Shown here: positions 39,683-50,196 of the stretch, in pieces
Layout: every line of letters begins with the position of its first letter
How positions within the stretch are numbered: the first letter of the stretch is position 1
IMG/VR virus record: IMGVR_UViG_3300018890_000001
Coordinates: 64,628-128,627 of that record
Source: a virus
Direction: 5' to 3' (one strand)
Length of the DNA: 64,000 nt
Translations under genes and position numbers: made by a program
The notes under the pieces: model-generated
Databases searched by the model: none
What the model saw: only the letters and a program-made list of their open reading frames with translations
Told to the model about the DNA's origin: nothing

Positions 39683-39910
39683 GTGAGATTCAACGCAACC
39701 GAAGATCGGATCAAACAAATTGTGGTGAATGCCTGCAAAACACAGTTACCGCTCGTTTGTAAAAACTTGAAGCCAGAAGATATAGAACTTGACGATCGCG
39801 GATTAGTTATAGCAGATAGGGTTAAGTTGATTATCCGAAGAGCTGGCGCGTATAAATGGGAAATTGATGATGAAATAGATCGAGGTTGGCATGGATGGGT
39901 CGATATCTAA
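39683..39910 (+). CDS. hypothetical protein
   Basis: AAGGAG RBS with GTG start. Confidence 0.6.
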   Translation: MRFNATEDRIKQIVVNACKTQLPLVCKNLKPEDIELDDRGLVIADRVKLIIRRAGAYKWEIDDEIDRGWHGWVDI

Positions 39911-39975
39911 CCAACAGCGACCGCGCTCGTAGATTCTGTGTTGAAAATCAATAACTAAAAAAGGAGATTAAATTC

Positions 39976-40206
39976 ATGACATTTATTTACAACAAGGCGT
40001 TGGGTTGTGCAGTATACAATCCGCTACTAACGGGATTTGAACTCAAGCACAATTATTTTGTTATTTCTGAAGAATGCAAAAACTCTTTAATTTATTTGCA
40101 AAGATGGGCGATCGAAAGTAACGGTCGTGAGATATTTAATTGGGCGAATTTAGTGACTGTGGCGGATCAAATAGGACTACCATCAGAACAACTTGTGAAT
40201 TCTTAG
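39976..40206 (+). CDS. hypothetical protein
   Basis: AAGGAG RBS. Confidence 0.6.
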   Translation: MTFIYNKALGCAVYNPLLTGFELKHNYFVISEECKNSLIYLQRWAIESNGREIFNWANLVTVADQIGLPSEQLVNS

Positions 40207-40323
40207 AAAAGTGGGGGAAGGTGCGCGACGGTTTGTTTGAAGCGAAGAGGTTAACATCCAGACAAATTCGCGAACAAGTTGAAAAAGGCAAGAAGAAGGT
40301 TTTATCATAATTCCGATCGCCCA

Positions 40324-40581
40324 CTACTGTCTTTTGTGCCAATTATCGGTTTTCGTCTGCAAGTTTAACCAAATCTGAGCATCCATGAATAACGCTTTAC
40401 CGATCGCCAATGCTGTATCTTGGGTGATCGGTTTTTTATTGTCTATGATATCCCTTAGATCGTTAACCTCAATTCTGCTCATCCTTGCAAACTCAGTAAG
40501 CGTAATTTGGTTATCTTCGAGTATATCTGCGAGGATTTCACCGGGAGTGACGGGTGAAACTTTCCGATCTTCAATACTCAT
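40324..40581 (-). CDS. higA: HigA-family antitoxin (HTH)
   Basis: PVTPGEIL...ITQDTALAIGKAL...QIWLNLQ. Confidence 0.85.
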   Translation of the reverse strand: MSIEDRKVSPVTPGEILADILEDNQITLTEFARMSRIEVNDLRDIIDNKKPITQDTALAIGKALFMDAQIWLNLQTKTDNWHKRQ

Positions 40582-42026
40582 ATTTTTCCGTTGGTTGTGC
40601 CCCTGGCTTTTGCCGGAACGGTTTGCGCGGAAGCTGCTTTCCCTGGGATATTGGTTTTCGAGGCGATCGCCTTAGAACCTTTCTCGATCGTCACTTCTTC
40701 GACTACAGCACCATCCTCTTCGGGAATAGCCTTCTCATCTTTTGGTGGTTTTTCTGGACCTGGTGGCAGAGCTGCTTCTTGTGCCGGTTCGCCTTCGAGT
40801 CCAGTGCCATCCATAAATTTGTCGCCGGCCGGTCCAATCGGTTGCAGCCCTGTAGCAAGACGCATCTCGTTTCGCGTCGCCAAATTTTTCTCGAACAGCA
40901 TTGTCGCTCGGGTCGCTTCCTGTTCTTCGGTACGCTTTTCTAAGTCGGCGTATTCCTTTGTAAAACCGGGTTCGTAGTAGTTTACAAGTTCTAGGTTTTC
41001 GTGCTCGTTGAGGATGTTGGCGATAGGAACCACACCTTCTTGGTAAGATGCGTCTGCCGACACACCAGCGGTGGCATACGTGAATTGTTCGTGGCCCAAG
41101 TCTTTGGGTGTTAAACCGAACGGCATACAGATTAATCGCAGTAGTAACTCAGTCCAACCGAGATAAAGCTCACCGTCGCTCGAAGCACCGAGCGTGACGA
41201 CCTTAATCAAACCTTTGCCTCCGGCGATCGGTGTTTGACCGTCGATCTCTACTTTCGTGTTCCAGTAATCTCGAAACGCATCGAGTTCTACTTGGGTTAC
41301 ATCTCCGATGTCGAGGATGTACTTGGCAGAAACTTTGGAAGTCGCGTTGTGCTGGAAGTTGTTGAGCGCCAACCAAGACAGTACATACGGAAACGCGATC
41401 TCGACAGGTGACGGCGGCATAAGCTCGTAAGAAGCGCTGTCGATCTGCATAATGTACATATCTTCGTCAGCCAGCAACTCCTGCGTAGTGTAATCTTTGC
41501 GGTAGAGGTAGCGAGCTTCTTCTGGATTATCCTGCCAAACAGGATTGAATTCTATTTTGGCGGCATCGATACAGAAAGCAAAAAACCTGCGGATGCTTTT
41601 ACTATCTCTTTTTAATAAATCATCGTTACCGTGCATCCGCTGTATCGCCGCGTAGTTAAGCGTCAAAAGGTCTTTAACGACAGCGTTTGTATATTTTGTA
41701 TAAGTATTTTGCGCAAGCTCATAATTAGGTCGGAGCAAGCTGCCTTTTATTTCTTCTGCTCGTTGAATTGCCCCTGGTTTTTCGCGGTCTTCCTTGGGTG
41801 GGCTGATATGCCACGGCATGAGTGATACGCCGCGCTGAATTCTCTGGATGCACTTTGCTACTGGTCCGACGCGGGTGGTCGTTCGCAACAGCTCGAACGA
41901 GGGACGCGCTCGCAAGCGCACCGATTTCTGAAACTCGATCGCTGGGTCGATTTCTGGATAGTGTGGGCGTGGATTGTGAACGTGCGGTCTTAAAAAAACT
42001 AATTTTCCGCGAGTATTTGCAGGCAT
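40578..42026 (-). CDS. phage portal protein
   Basis: SPVE, ICMPFGLTPKDLG, TYATA, TRNEMR...GLQPI..GD motifs; likely start MPANTR. Confidence 0.85.
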   Translation of the reverse strand: MPANTRGKLVFLRPHVHNPRPHYPEIDPAIEFQKSVRLRARPSFELLRTTTRVGPVAKCIQRIQRGVSLMPWHISPPKEDREKPGAIQRAEEIKGSLLRPNYELAQNTYTKYTNAVVKDLLTLNYAAIQRMHGNDDLLKRDSKSIRRFFAFCIDAAKIEFNPVWQDNPEEARYLYRKDYTTQELLADEDMYIMQIDSASYELMPPSPVEIAFPYVLSWLALNNFQHNATSKVSAKYILDIGDVTQVELDAFRDYWNTKVEIDGQTPIAGGKGLIKVVTLGASSDGELYLGWTELLLRLICMPFGLTPKDLGHEQFTYATAGVSADASYQEGVVPIANILNEHENLELVNYYEPGFTKEYADLEKRTEEQEATRATMLFEKNLATRNEMRLATGLQPIGPAGDKFMDGTGLEGEPAQEAALPPGPEKPPKDEKAIPEEDGAVVEEVTIEKGSKAIASKTNIPGKAASAQTVPAKARGTTNGKI

Positions 42027-42094
42027 ATATAAAAAAAGAAGTCGAGCGTTCTTGTTCGCGCAACCTCCGACTAAGATTAGTTGGTATTCTGTGA

Positions 42095-42511
42095 TTGTAT
42101 TCCTTCTTCCTAATTCAAGCATACGCTACGGACAGCTTGGATAGTGCCAGAATATTGGTATCTCAATTTTTACCAAAAATGTTTGAAATTTCTAATGGTG
42201 CCACCAAAGTTTGTTTGATCTCCCTTGCTGATGTAGAAACCTCCCAAGATATCGCCCCCATCAAAGCCGAATTTTCGACCGACAACAAAGATTTGATCAA
42301 TGAATTTCGCTACTACTACTGCACCACACCAGGGTCTTTTGGTAAGTGCATGGGCGACGCTCTGGCGAAAAGTCCACCAAATTGGGGTCTGAGTGACTTC
42401 GATAATTTAGAGAAAATCCTGACGAATTTCCCTAAGCCTTGGCGCGTCAAAGTGGGAGATCGACCGAAACATGACCCATTTATTCCGCCCGACAACGGAG
42501 CTATTTACTAA
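42095..42511 (+). CDS. hypothetical protein
   Basis: 138 aa, coupled to the next ORF. Confidence 0.55.
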   Translation: MYSFFLIQAYATDSLDSARILVSQFLPKMFEISNGATKVCLISLADVETSQDIAPIKAEFSTDNKDLINEFRYYYCTTPGSFGKCMGDALAKSPPNWGLSDFDNLEKILTNFPKPWRVKVGDRPKHDPFIPPDNGAIY

Positions 42512-44225
42512 TGAGCTATGCGCTGTTTCAAATTCAATGTCGGGCGATCGAACTTACGCTGGCACTATCTGAGCGCGAATATCTACGATATCCACCAGGG
42601 ACGATTATCGACGGTGTGAATGTGGGTGGTCAGTTTGCCAATGGCAAGAAATCTGGTAGTGCAGCACCACCAAAAGAAAAGACCGTCACTGAGCAGAAAC
42701 CACCGCCTTGGGTGAAAACTTTGGAGAAAGCTTTTGCTCAAGGCAAGGGCTTGGAGGAAAAGGTTGGGCGCGTCGTAAATCAGATATCAAACGAAATTAC
42801 GACACAGTACGGTATAAAACCAGAGCCGACGATCGCCCAACCTGAAAAAAAATTTACCGAAAAACTCAGAGAAGCTGCTGCCAGGTATGGATTAATTGAA
42901 GCGCAACTGTCGAAAGCGACGCCGGACAAGCAGAAGGTTTTGCTCGAAGACTTGATTAAAGCTTCTATCCCACTTGCTGTTGCTGTTTCATTGACCGTTG
43001 GTGCTGAGGTGGCGATCGGACTATTCTTGGGCCAGACCGTTGGGGAATTGTTGATTGGGTCGTCGATCGGTTTAGGGGTGTCGGTCGGTGTCGATAAAAG
43101 TTTGGACTTAGCAAAGGTTGAAAACCCGATCGTCAGAGCCGGACTTCAACTCGCTGCCGGTGTCGCGACTGGTGGCATTGTCAGCAAAGTGGCGAGAGCC
43201 TCAGCTTTGAATTTTGGGAAGTTCAGCGAAACAGCCAAAGAATTTATTGAGCAAGCGACTGTCGTTCCTGGTATCCGATCTAAAATCAAAAATCCATATA
43301 GAACCGCTGCGGTACTTGACAAAGACGGTATCGATTCTCAGAAAGTGTTGGATGCGCTGCGTCGTGAAGTGGAACAAGAAAAAAGAATAGTACCAGAGCT
43401 GCGGACGCCCCATACCTTCTCAAAACGACTTGATGAATATGTCGAACTTTCTCTAGCCAAGAAAACAGGCGTTGGAACTGACTGGCGCAAAGGTATTGTG
43501 GATGCTGAGCTTAAATATGGAGAGGCGATCGAGAGAATTCATTCTGTTGCAATTAAAGATGCTTTCACTCCGGGAACCGAAAAAGTCTATCAAGATTTTT
43601 TATCAACAATTAAAGCTGGCAAGAAGGGAAGCGCGAATGTGATTGAAGCCAATCCAGACGAAATAGATGCTGGAGTTGGCGCTAAATTAATTACTAAAGG
43701 TAAACGTAAATATAAAGGCTACGAATTCGATATTGAAGATCGCCTCCGTGAAGTTCGTCAAGCGACAACTGAAGCATCTCGATTGTCTAATGTTGATTTA
43801 GGGGATATTTATGTTGGACATATTGAAGGGAAAGGCTACAATGCGACACGCGGTTTTATGGTTAAGGTTGATAGTGTCAAGTATATGGGATTGGTTTTAT
43901 GCACGATAGTCGATATTTAGCATTTCATGAAACAGGTCATTTTATTGAAGATGCTAAAAAACTTGTTGATACCTCAGTTGACTACATCAATAATCGCAGT
44001 GATAGCGCATACACTGCAATTATTGATGGTCAAAAACAGAAATTCACTGATTTTCTAAATTTGTACACAGGCAAAACTTACGGAGAAATTGGCGCAGAGC
44101 GAGCAACTGAGGTTGTTTCTACTGGATTGGAAAATTTATCGTCATTCCAAAGAGTACATCGGATCGCCCGCGAAGATCCAGATCACTTGCGATATACGCT
44201 ATTTGCGCTCGATGCTACCAATTAG
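42511..44225 (+). CDS. head-associated protein with C-terminal HExxH domain, split by a -1 shift near 43887
   Basis: RYPPGT..GGQF N-terminal motif; second frame FHETGHFIE...TEVVSTGLE. Confidence 0.55.
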
Positions 44226-44559
44226 CTATCTCATCCTTGTCCTGGCGCTGCGAGAATGCAACAGATTGCGAAAGGATCAAGTCCGGATACATGGATTGCA
44301 GGCGATCGAATTCTGCGATAGTTTCCGTGTCGTCGATCGCCACCAATAAGTAAGGATTAGTCTCTCTGAACAAAGCGCGCTCGTTCTTCCTAGCTAGTTT
44401 GCACAGCGAGTTTGCCCAGAGTGTCTGAGTGGATTGCTGGTGATCCTCTTCGAGGGCTTCGCTAACGGGACTAAATAAGCTGCGAATCAACTCGATCTGT
44501 GTGCAGGCGTAAGATAATTTATAGCTTTGATATCGATACATAAATTTGTAATTAAACAA
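44215..44559 (-). CDS. hypothetical protein with in-frame SDR insertion (VSEALEE)
   Basis: ORF stays open across the 21-nt insertion. Confidence 0.5.
   Translation of the reverse strand: MFNYKFMYRYQSYKLSYACTQIELIRSLFSPVSEALEEDHQQSTQTLWANSLCKLARKNERALFRETNPYLLVAIDDTETIAEFDRLQSMYPDLILSQSVAFSQRQDKDEIANW
44446..44466 (+). mobile_element. 21-nt SDR-like element, copy 4
   Basis: GGTGATC|CTCTTCGAGGGCTTCGCTAAC|G. Confidence 0.85.
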
Positions 44560-44606
44560 TAAAAAAGGAACCGAGAGAATTACCTCTCGGTTCCTTTTTA
44601 TTGTAT

Positions 44607-44915
44607 CTAGTTCACACTAAAATCATGACGGGTTTCCGTATTTCCTGCCGGATCTTTATCAAACATCACACATAGCACCGCATTGTTATCCATTGCGAAT
44701 GGAACTAGAAACTCCGTTAAAGGTTCCACGCACGCATTGTACAATCCAGTGATGGTTATAGTGTTTGTTAGCTTTGGATTTTCCTTCGCAACTTCTTGCG
44801 CAACTACAATATTTAGCCTTGGAAAACTGTTTTTAATTTTAGCCTGCACGACTTTTGCCATTATGGGGCTTTGTAGGTACAGTTTGATTTGCTCGGAACA
44901 TTGTTGTGATGCCAT
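44607..44915 (-). CDS. hypothetical protein
   Basis: Own promoter; hairpin at 44561-44600. Confidence 0.65.
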   Translation of the reverse strand: MASQQCSEQIKLYLQSPIMAKVVQAKIKNSFPRLNIVVAQEVAKENPKLTNTITITGLYNACVEPLTEFLVPFAMDNNAVLCVMFDKDPAGNTETRHDFSVN

Positions 44916-45222
44916 TTGTTTTACGTTTAATGTACACGATTATATTACAACTAAACAATAAACAAATCAAGTGTTTTTGAATTCCTTTGGATAAAAAGCT
45001 AAGCTATTATTTTGTTGCTTCATTGATGTACGAATAAAATAACCAAATTCCAAACAAGAAACCTATAATTGTCCCAACTAAGTGATAGTTCATGAGTAAA
45101 ATTGAGTATGTATAAGCTGATTGTACCACTTTTAAGCAATATTTTACCACAAGAATCGGAAGGTTTGACATATTATTCTTTTTGTAATATAATTAAAGTG
45201 TAAAGAAATAAAGAGCAAATAT

Positions 45223-45681
45223 ATGTCTTTAATAACAAAAGTGTTAGCACTCTTTGAAGTCAAAGCTAATTTACATAGAAAAACAGCCACATTTGTGGTT
45301 TTAAAAACTCTAGAGACAACGAAAGTTGCTCTCCCGGAGGAATTAAAAGCTTTTTTGGTAAAGCGAATTTGTCGAGCGCGTCTCGACATCAGGTTGTTTA
45401 TAAGCCTGATATGGCTAGAAGCCCTTTTAGTAGGGCTTCCCAAGGACATACAAATCTGGCAACTGCGGTTCCAAATTTGCGATCTTCAAGATCAAATTTG
45501 GAAGCTCCGATTCCTAATACTACCTTTATTCAAAGTGCTTTGTTATTTGCAAGGTTTCTGCGAAGGAACCGCATTCGGTATCTTCGTTGCTTTCATGATA
45601 TACAGCTTCATCAAGTGGATGGCGTTGCAGAGACAGAAATGCAGTCTTTACTACCTACTTTACCGCAGTAAAGCGGTTTAA
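45223..45681 (+). CDS. hypothetical membrane-associated protein
   Basis: Hydrophobic C-terminal segment; QIWxLRF repeat. Confidence 0.55.
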   Translation: MSLITKVLALFEVKANLHRKTATFVVLKTLETTKVALPEELKAFLVKRICRARLDIRLFISLIWLEALLVGLPKDIQIWQLRFQICDLQDQIWKLRFLILPLFKVLCYLQGFCEGTAFGIFVAFMIYSFIKWMALQRQKCSLYYLLYRSKAV

Positions 45682-45771
45682 TAAAAAAGAGTCATCAATT
45701 TGATGGCTCTTTTTTTGTCTGTATATATTTAAAACAAAAAAGCCGTAAGATTTGCGTCTTACGGCTTTTTT

Positions 45772-46074
45772 TTAGGTCAGTGCTACAGATAGAAGTAAAA
45801 ATACTTCGATACCTGTACACACGGTGGGTTGTGACCAACCCTTCCAATGAGCTATCTTATCAGCTAGCAAGTATTGACTTGCTGTGACAACAACTAGCGT
45901 TAATAGTTCAATTAATCCCGCTAACGGGATGTGCATAATCCACCCATTTAGGTGGCATTCAGGAATTAATTCCTGAAGTACGTTACTGAACTCCCAGAGG
46001 GAGGCTATAACTGGAAACATTACAAAAAATAAGGCGATCGGAGTGATCCGATCGCCTGTGTTATTTAATTTCAT
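45772..46074 (-). CDS. small membrane protein (about 3 TM segments)
   Basis: AGGAG RBS, hydrophobic stretches. Confidence 0.65.
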   Translation of the reverse strand: MKLNNTGDRITPIALFFVMFPVIASLWEFSNVLQELIPECHLNGWIMHIPLAGLIELLTLVVVTASQYLLADKIAHWKGWSQPTVCTGIEVFLLLSVALT

Positions 46075-46235
46075 TGTACGATCTCCTGATCTGTTTATAC
46101 TCTATTATTGTACGACGAAACATAAATAAAGTCAAATTTAGCCTATTTTAGAAGGGTTTTAGACTCAAAAAGTGTATTAAATTGACTATTTTATGGACAA
46201 CCCATATAATAATTGTGTAGTTTTTACCTAGATCT

Positions 46236-47075
46236 ATGAAATTAGCATCATCTTTGTACAAAGGCGGTAAATTGATTGACGCTTCTGAAGCTGATTATGA
46301 ATGCAGTAAAGAATTGGGGATAGTTTGCCCTTTCTGTAAAGAAGCTGTGTTTCTTGCCCGAGAACATATTCGCAAGAACAGTAACGTGCGCGCCTCTTGG
46401 CGACACTATAAGGTGTCAGAACAGTCTGCGTTCTGTGAAGAACGTGCACTAAGTGTTCAAGGCAAAGAAATGCTCAAACAGTTACAACCTGAAGCTCGCG
46501 GACAACGGTTAAGGTTATTTAATCGTAGATTTTGGGATATCTACAGCTACGAGAAAGACGTGCCGCCACTAGATAAGGTGACACGTCATATCTTCGACGA
46601 TAAAACGACTAACTTACTTATCAAACACTGTAGAGACAAGTGGGATATACCCGCTATCATGAAAATTATTCCTAGCAGGATAGAATCCATCGTTGAAACA
46701 GTAGAAAAGAGTAGTTCCGAGCTTGTTCCGATGCTGAACAGTGTCGGTTTAGATCGATTGGCGTTTGCAGAACAACAAGATGTGTTGCAAACAGCACGAA
46801 ACTCTCTGAATCATTTTGCAGGTATTAAGTTCTCACTGTTGAGACATAAAATATTGTCGGAAGTCATTGAATGGCTCCCAACGGAGACGGCTTCCGCCAG
46901 TTTCCGAAAGGTAATTCTGTTGGCGATTATAGACTGTCGTGCTATTTCAGCACCACCAATCCATTCGAGCGCGATCGCCAACGTAGCTGTATCGAGCTTG
47001 ATACTCACTGACTGGGAAGTAGCGATCGCCAGTCTAAAAGAACCATCGAAAGGACTCGGTTTCGGTAAGGCTTAA
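46236..47075 (+). CDS. Zn-ribbon (CoiA N-terminal-like) protein
   Basis: CPFCKEAVFL...WRHY...CEER; promoter TATAAT-N6-GTAGT. Confidence 0.6.
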   Translation: MKLASSLYKGGKLIDASEADYECSKELGIVCPFCKEAVFLAREHIRKNSNVRASWRHYKVSEQSAFCEERALSVQGKEMLKQLQPEARGQRLRLFNRRFWDIYSYEKDVPPLDKVTRHIFDDKTTNLLIKHCRDKWDIPAIMKIIPSRIESIVETVEKSSSELVPMLNSVGLDRLAFAEQQDVLQTARNSLNHFAGIKFSLLRHKILSEVIEWLPTETASASFRKVILLAIIDCRAISAPPIHSSAIANVAVSSLILTDWEVAIASLKEPSKGLGFGKA

Positions 47076-47084
47076 GCTAAAAAT

Positions 47085-47120
47085 AAAAGCCCGCATACTT
47101 GCTTAAGTATGCGGGCTTTT
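47085..47120. terminator. long bidirectional hairpin, AAAAGCCCGCA family (also 49059, 61375, 62061, 62504)
   Basis: AAAAGCCCGCATACTT-GCTT-AAGTATGCGGGCTTTT. Confidence 0.85.
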
Positions 47121-47140
47121 TCGTTGTTGTGGCGATCGGA

Positions 47141-47677
47141 TTAGCGAGAAAGTCTCATTTGAGTCAGGCGATCGTCAAACGCAGCGATCTTGTTATGCAG
47201 GTCGATCAGATTTTGGATATCTGTTTTTGCAGCGATCAAATATCTGAGTACCCGTAAATCGTTGTGAAATTGCTCGACTTCCGAGGTTAACCCATCTTGC
47301 TCCTTCGGGAGAAGCATTTCAAGATTTGCTCTGATATTATCCTCCCAGAAACAGTATGATTCTAGTGCCAAATCTTTGATATATTGACGAAACGCTCTCT
47401 CAGCCATTGCCTTTAGTCTTAGACACAAAACGGTTAACGAAGCGTTGAGCGGTAATCTCTCTGTCAACAAGGCATCGTCTACTCCTGGTGCTTCATGTAG
47501 CACTTCAAGAAGTAAATATTCTCGTACTGTTACTGTTAGAAACAGGTTTTTTACGAGTTCTACCCCACAAGACTTGAGTTCAAAGCAGATTCCAATTCTA
47601 TTCCATTCACTTTTATGATAAGTTTGGGGAGTGACGGTGCCATATTTCCGTAAAAATTGTTCTACTTCTTTTTGCAT
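47141..47677 (-). CDS. hypothetical protein, paralog of 47763-48323
   Basis: QKEVE..L..G; L..RL..MAE; IAAKT.I..LI.L. Confidence 0.75.
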   Translation of the reverse strand: MQKEVEQFLRKYGTVTPQTYHKSEWNRIGICFELKSCGVELVKNLFLTVTVREYLLLEVLHEAPGVDDALLTERLPLNASLTVLCLRLKAMAERAFRQYIKDLALESYCFWEDNIRANLEMLLPKEQDGLTSEVEQFHNDLRVLRYLIAAKTDIQNLIDLHNKIAAFDDRLTQMRLSR

Positions 47678-47762
47678 TAGATCTGAGTTACAACAACGAC
47701 TACGTTATTATAATACAACAAAAAAGCGTAATACAAAGTTATTTGTATTACGCTTTTACAGA

Positions 47763-48323
47763 TTATGAATGTCGCAACTGATTTAAGTCTTCAGTTTCTT
47801 TCTCTAGGTTTTCGCTCAAAGCTATTAGTCTTTTAATAGGGGCTTTCGTGGCGATCGCATCTTCCAATGCTTTGATGTCGGCTTGCAGATTGGCGATTAA
47901 TTTGCGCGCACGATCCTTGTGTTTTGGCGGTAACTGGTTGAACAACCTTTCGATGCCTTCAGGTTTCATTGTCCAGAATTCTTCTGAAGCTAAGCTTTCT
48001 ATGAATTTCCGAGAACCCTTTTCAGCCATATCAATTAGGCGTGAATGCAATGTCTTTAATGACACGTCAATCGCCAGACATTCTGACAGTTCTGGATCAT
48101 CACTTTCTGTCACGTCATGCCACATCTCTAAGATAAGATGCCTTCCGTTTGCTGTGACCGTCTGGTTAAAATCTCTAAGTATTGGCCAGTGAGGGTGTGC
48201 TATCAGCCAGCAGATATCTCCAGGTTGAATAGTTCGGTAACTATCGACACTCATGTGAACTTCTCCACAAAGTTGTAGATACAATTCAACTTCTTTTTGT
48301 ATTTGCATTGTTTTGACACTCAA
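47763..48323 (-). CDS. hypothetical protein, paralog of 47141-47677
   Basis: Paralogy. Confidence 0.75.
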   Translation of the reverse strand: MSVKTMQIQKEVELYLQLCGEVHMSVDSYRTIQPGDICWLIAHPHWPILRDFNQTVTANGRHLILEMWHDVTESDDPELSECLAIDVSLKTLHSRLIDMAEKGSRKFIESLASEEFWTMKPEGIERLFNQLPPKHKDRARKLIANLQADIKALEDAIATKAPIKRLIALSENLEKETEDLNQLRHS

Positions 48324-48442
48324 GTTTTATATATTTCTATATATTATAATATGATATGTTTGTTAAAATAGCTAGTTAATTTTTATTGTAATACTAGGGT
48401 GTATATTGTATTATAAATATGTAGTCGTTCAAGTCCTTCGTA

Positions 48443-49051
48443 ATGCAAAAATTAACAGCAAAGTGTTTAATTGTTGATTGCAAGACTCCTTATGTCGATC
48501 GCCAGGTTCTGTTGAACTATGCGTATGGACCTTTGTTCACCGATGAGGAGGAACGGTTTAAAGCTTACGAATTTGAGAACGGTTTGATTCGATTGCCCAA
48601 TTTGCCTGGTTACGATCGTTACTTTAAGGATCGCACAGAACTTTGGCAATGGAAGCCCGACCGAAGAACGAGCGTCGCTGAAATAAAAGAAGCAGGATTC
48701 ACTTGCGACTTTTTCCCCGGAGCCATACATGATTCGATCGCCCGATCGATTGAAGAATTTGGTAGCGTACCCGAAAAATACAAGGAATTACTGACACCAC
48801 TGTTCCGGGTGATCACCCAACTCAGAAATGAACTCGATCGCCTGGGTGCATCATCGATAATGGTTGTTCCCGACGAAGAAGCTTCCGAGGAACTTCGGAT
48901 TGAAGAGATTGATGCAAGTTGTTACAGCGACCACATCGATATTCAGCAGACACTAGCTAACTGGCGACAATTGCCGGACGGCGCTGGCGCAAAAGTAGCG
49001 TGGCTGCAATTGGTAGATTCTGGTCGTCCAGTCCTCCGAGGTCTTGACTAA
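48443..49051 (+). CDS. hypothetical protein (N-terminal family with 30596/31493)
   Basis: KLTAK...AYEFENGLIRLP; promoter TATTAT-N6-GTAGT. Confidence 0.75.
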   Translation: MQKLTAKCLIVDCKTPYVDRQVLLNYAYGPLFTDEEERFKAYEFENGLIRLPNLPGYDRYFKDRTELWQWKPDRRTSVAEIKEAGFTCDFFPGAIHDSIARSIEEFGSVPEKYKELLTPLFRVITQLRNELDRLGASSIMVVPDEEASEELRIEEIDASCYSDHIDIQQTLANWRQLPDGAGAKVAWLQLVDSGRPVLRGLD

Positions 49052-49099
49052 CATTCAACAAAAAGCCCGCACACTTAATTAAGTGTGTGGGCTTTTTAT

Positions 49100-50077
49100 T
49101 CAGCTAGGTCCGTTTTGGTTGGCGATCGCCCCCAATGGCATTTCCCAGCGAGCATCAAAGATTGGATAATCCCAATCAGTATCTCGCAGTTCTGCAATTA
49201 GCTCTGATGTGATTCCTGTGAATGGGGTTCCGGCGTCAGCCCGATCACCCATCCATAAATGCTCAATTTCAACTTCGCCGTTCCGCTTCTTTGATTTGAA
49301 GTGGATGCTTTTGTTGAATTCCTTTTCCAGCGTCGCCATTTCTGCAAACTGTTCTGGCAGCACTGCGCGGAACGATGCAATTTGATCAGCGTCCGAGAAG
49401 ATACAACCGGCACAAGAGCACCGCCCCCAACCTGCTCGATAACAAGGGTGGGGATTTACTTTGTGGCGGGCGATCGTCTGCCAGACTTCCTGAGTAGTCC
49501 ACTTATGAACTGGTCGCCAATGATCGATTGTTCGATGCTTGCTATTGCAAACGTGTGGCTCGAAGTCTTGATAGCCAGCGCGTTGTTTCGACTCCTCTGC
49601 GCGTTCGCCGGAAATAAATAACGTGCGATTGCCGAGGAAGCGGACTTGATTGTTTAGCGCGCTGCGACCCACATCAATTTTTTGCAAAGCAGAACACCAG
49701 CGACCCGATTCAATCTTACCGACGTGCGGATACTGGCGACAGGTTAAGACTTTCCCTAATCCGCCACCTCTTTCGACTAACCCATTAGGAGTCTCAAAAT
49801 AGTAAGCGGCGCTCTTGCGGTTTTCCCGCAGCAGCTCGGCTTTGAAACCACCGAACCGACCCGAGAAGTAAATCTGAATTCCGAATGCTTTGGCGATCGC
49901 CTGAGCGTATGCGCCAGAGCAAAACCAATCAATAAATGGTGTTTCACCATCAACGAGATGGTGCTACAGCTCAATTTTTTCTGGTGGAAAACCTAATTCT
50001 AGGCAGTGCAATAAACACGCTAGAGAATCTTTTCCGCAGAACGAAATAATTATAAAGTCGTATCTTTTGTGATTCAT
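49100..50077 (-). pseudogene. PAPS-reductase-family protein with an in-frame TAG at 49964-49966
   Basis: SFCGKDSLAC (PP-loop), KIEL*HH (usually W), RWCSA..KID, GERAEES..RA, GRCSCAGCIF; single frame throughout. Confidence 0.8.
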
Positions 50078-50196
50078 TGGATTGAAAAGTAGCTACATTT
50101 TTAGTGTATGACATTAGATTGTTATACACAATTGATATGCTTGTATTTTAACGCAATTAATATTACAATTTATTTGTAGTTAATTTTCGGAATCCA

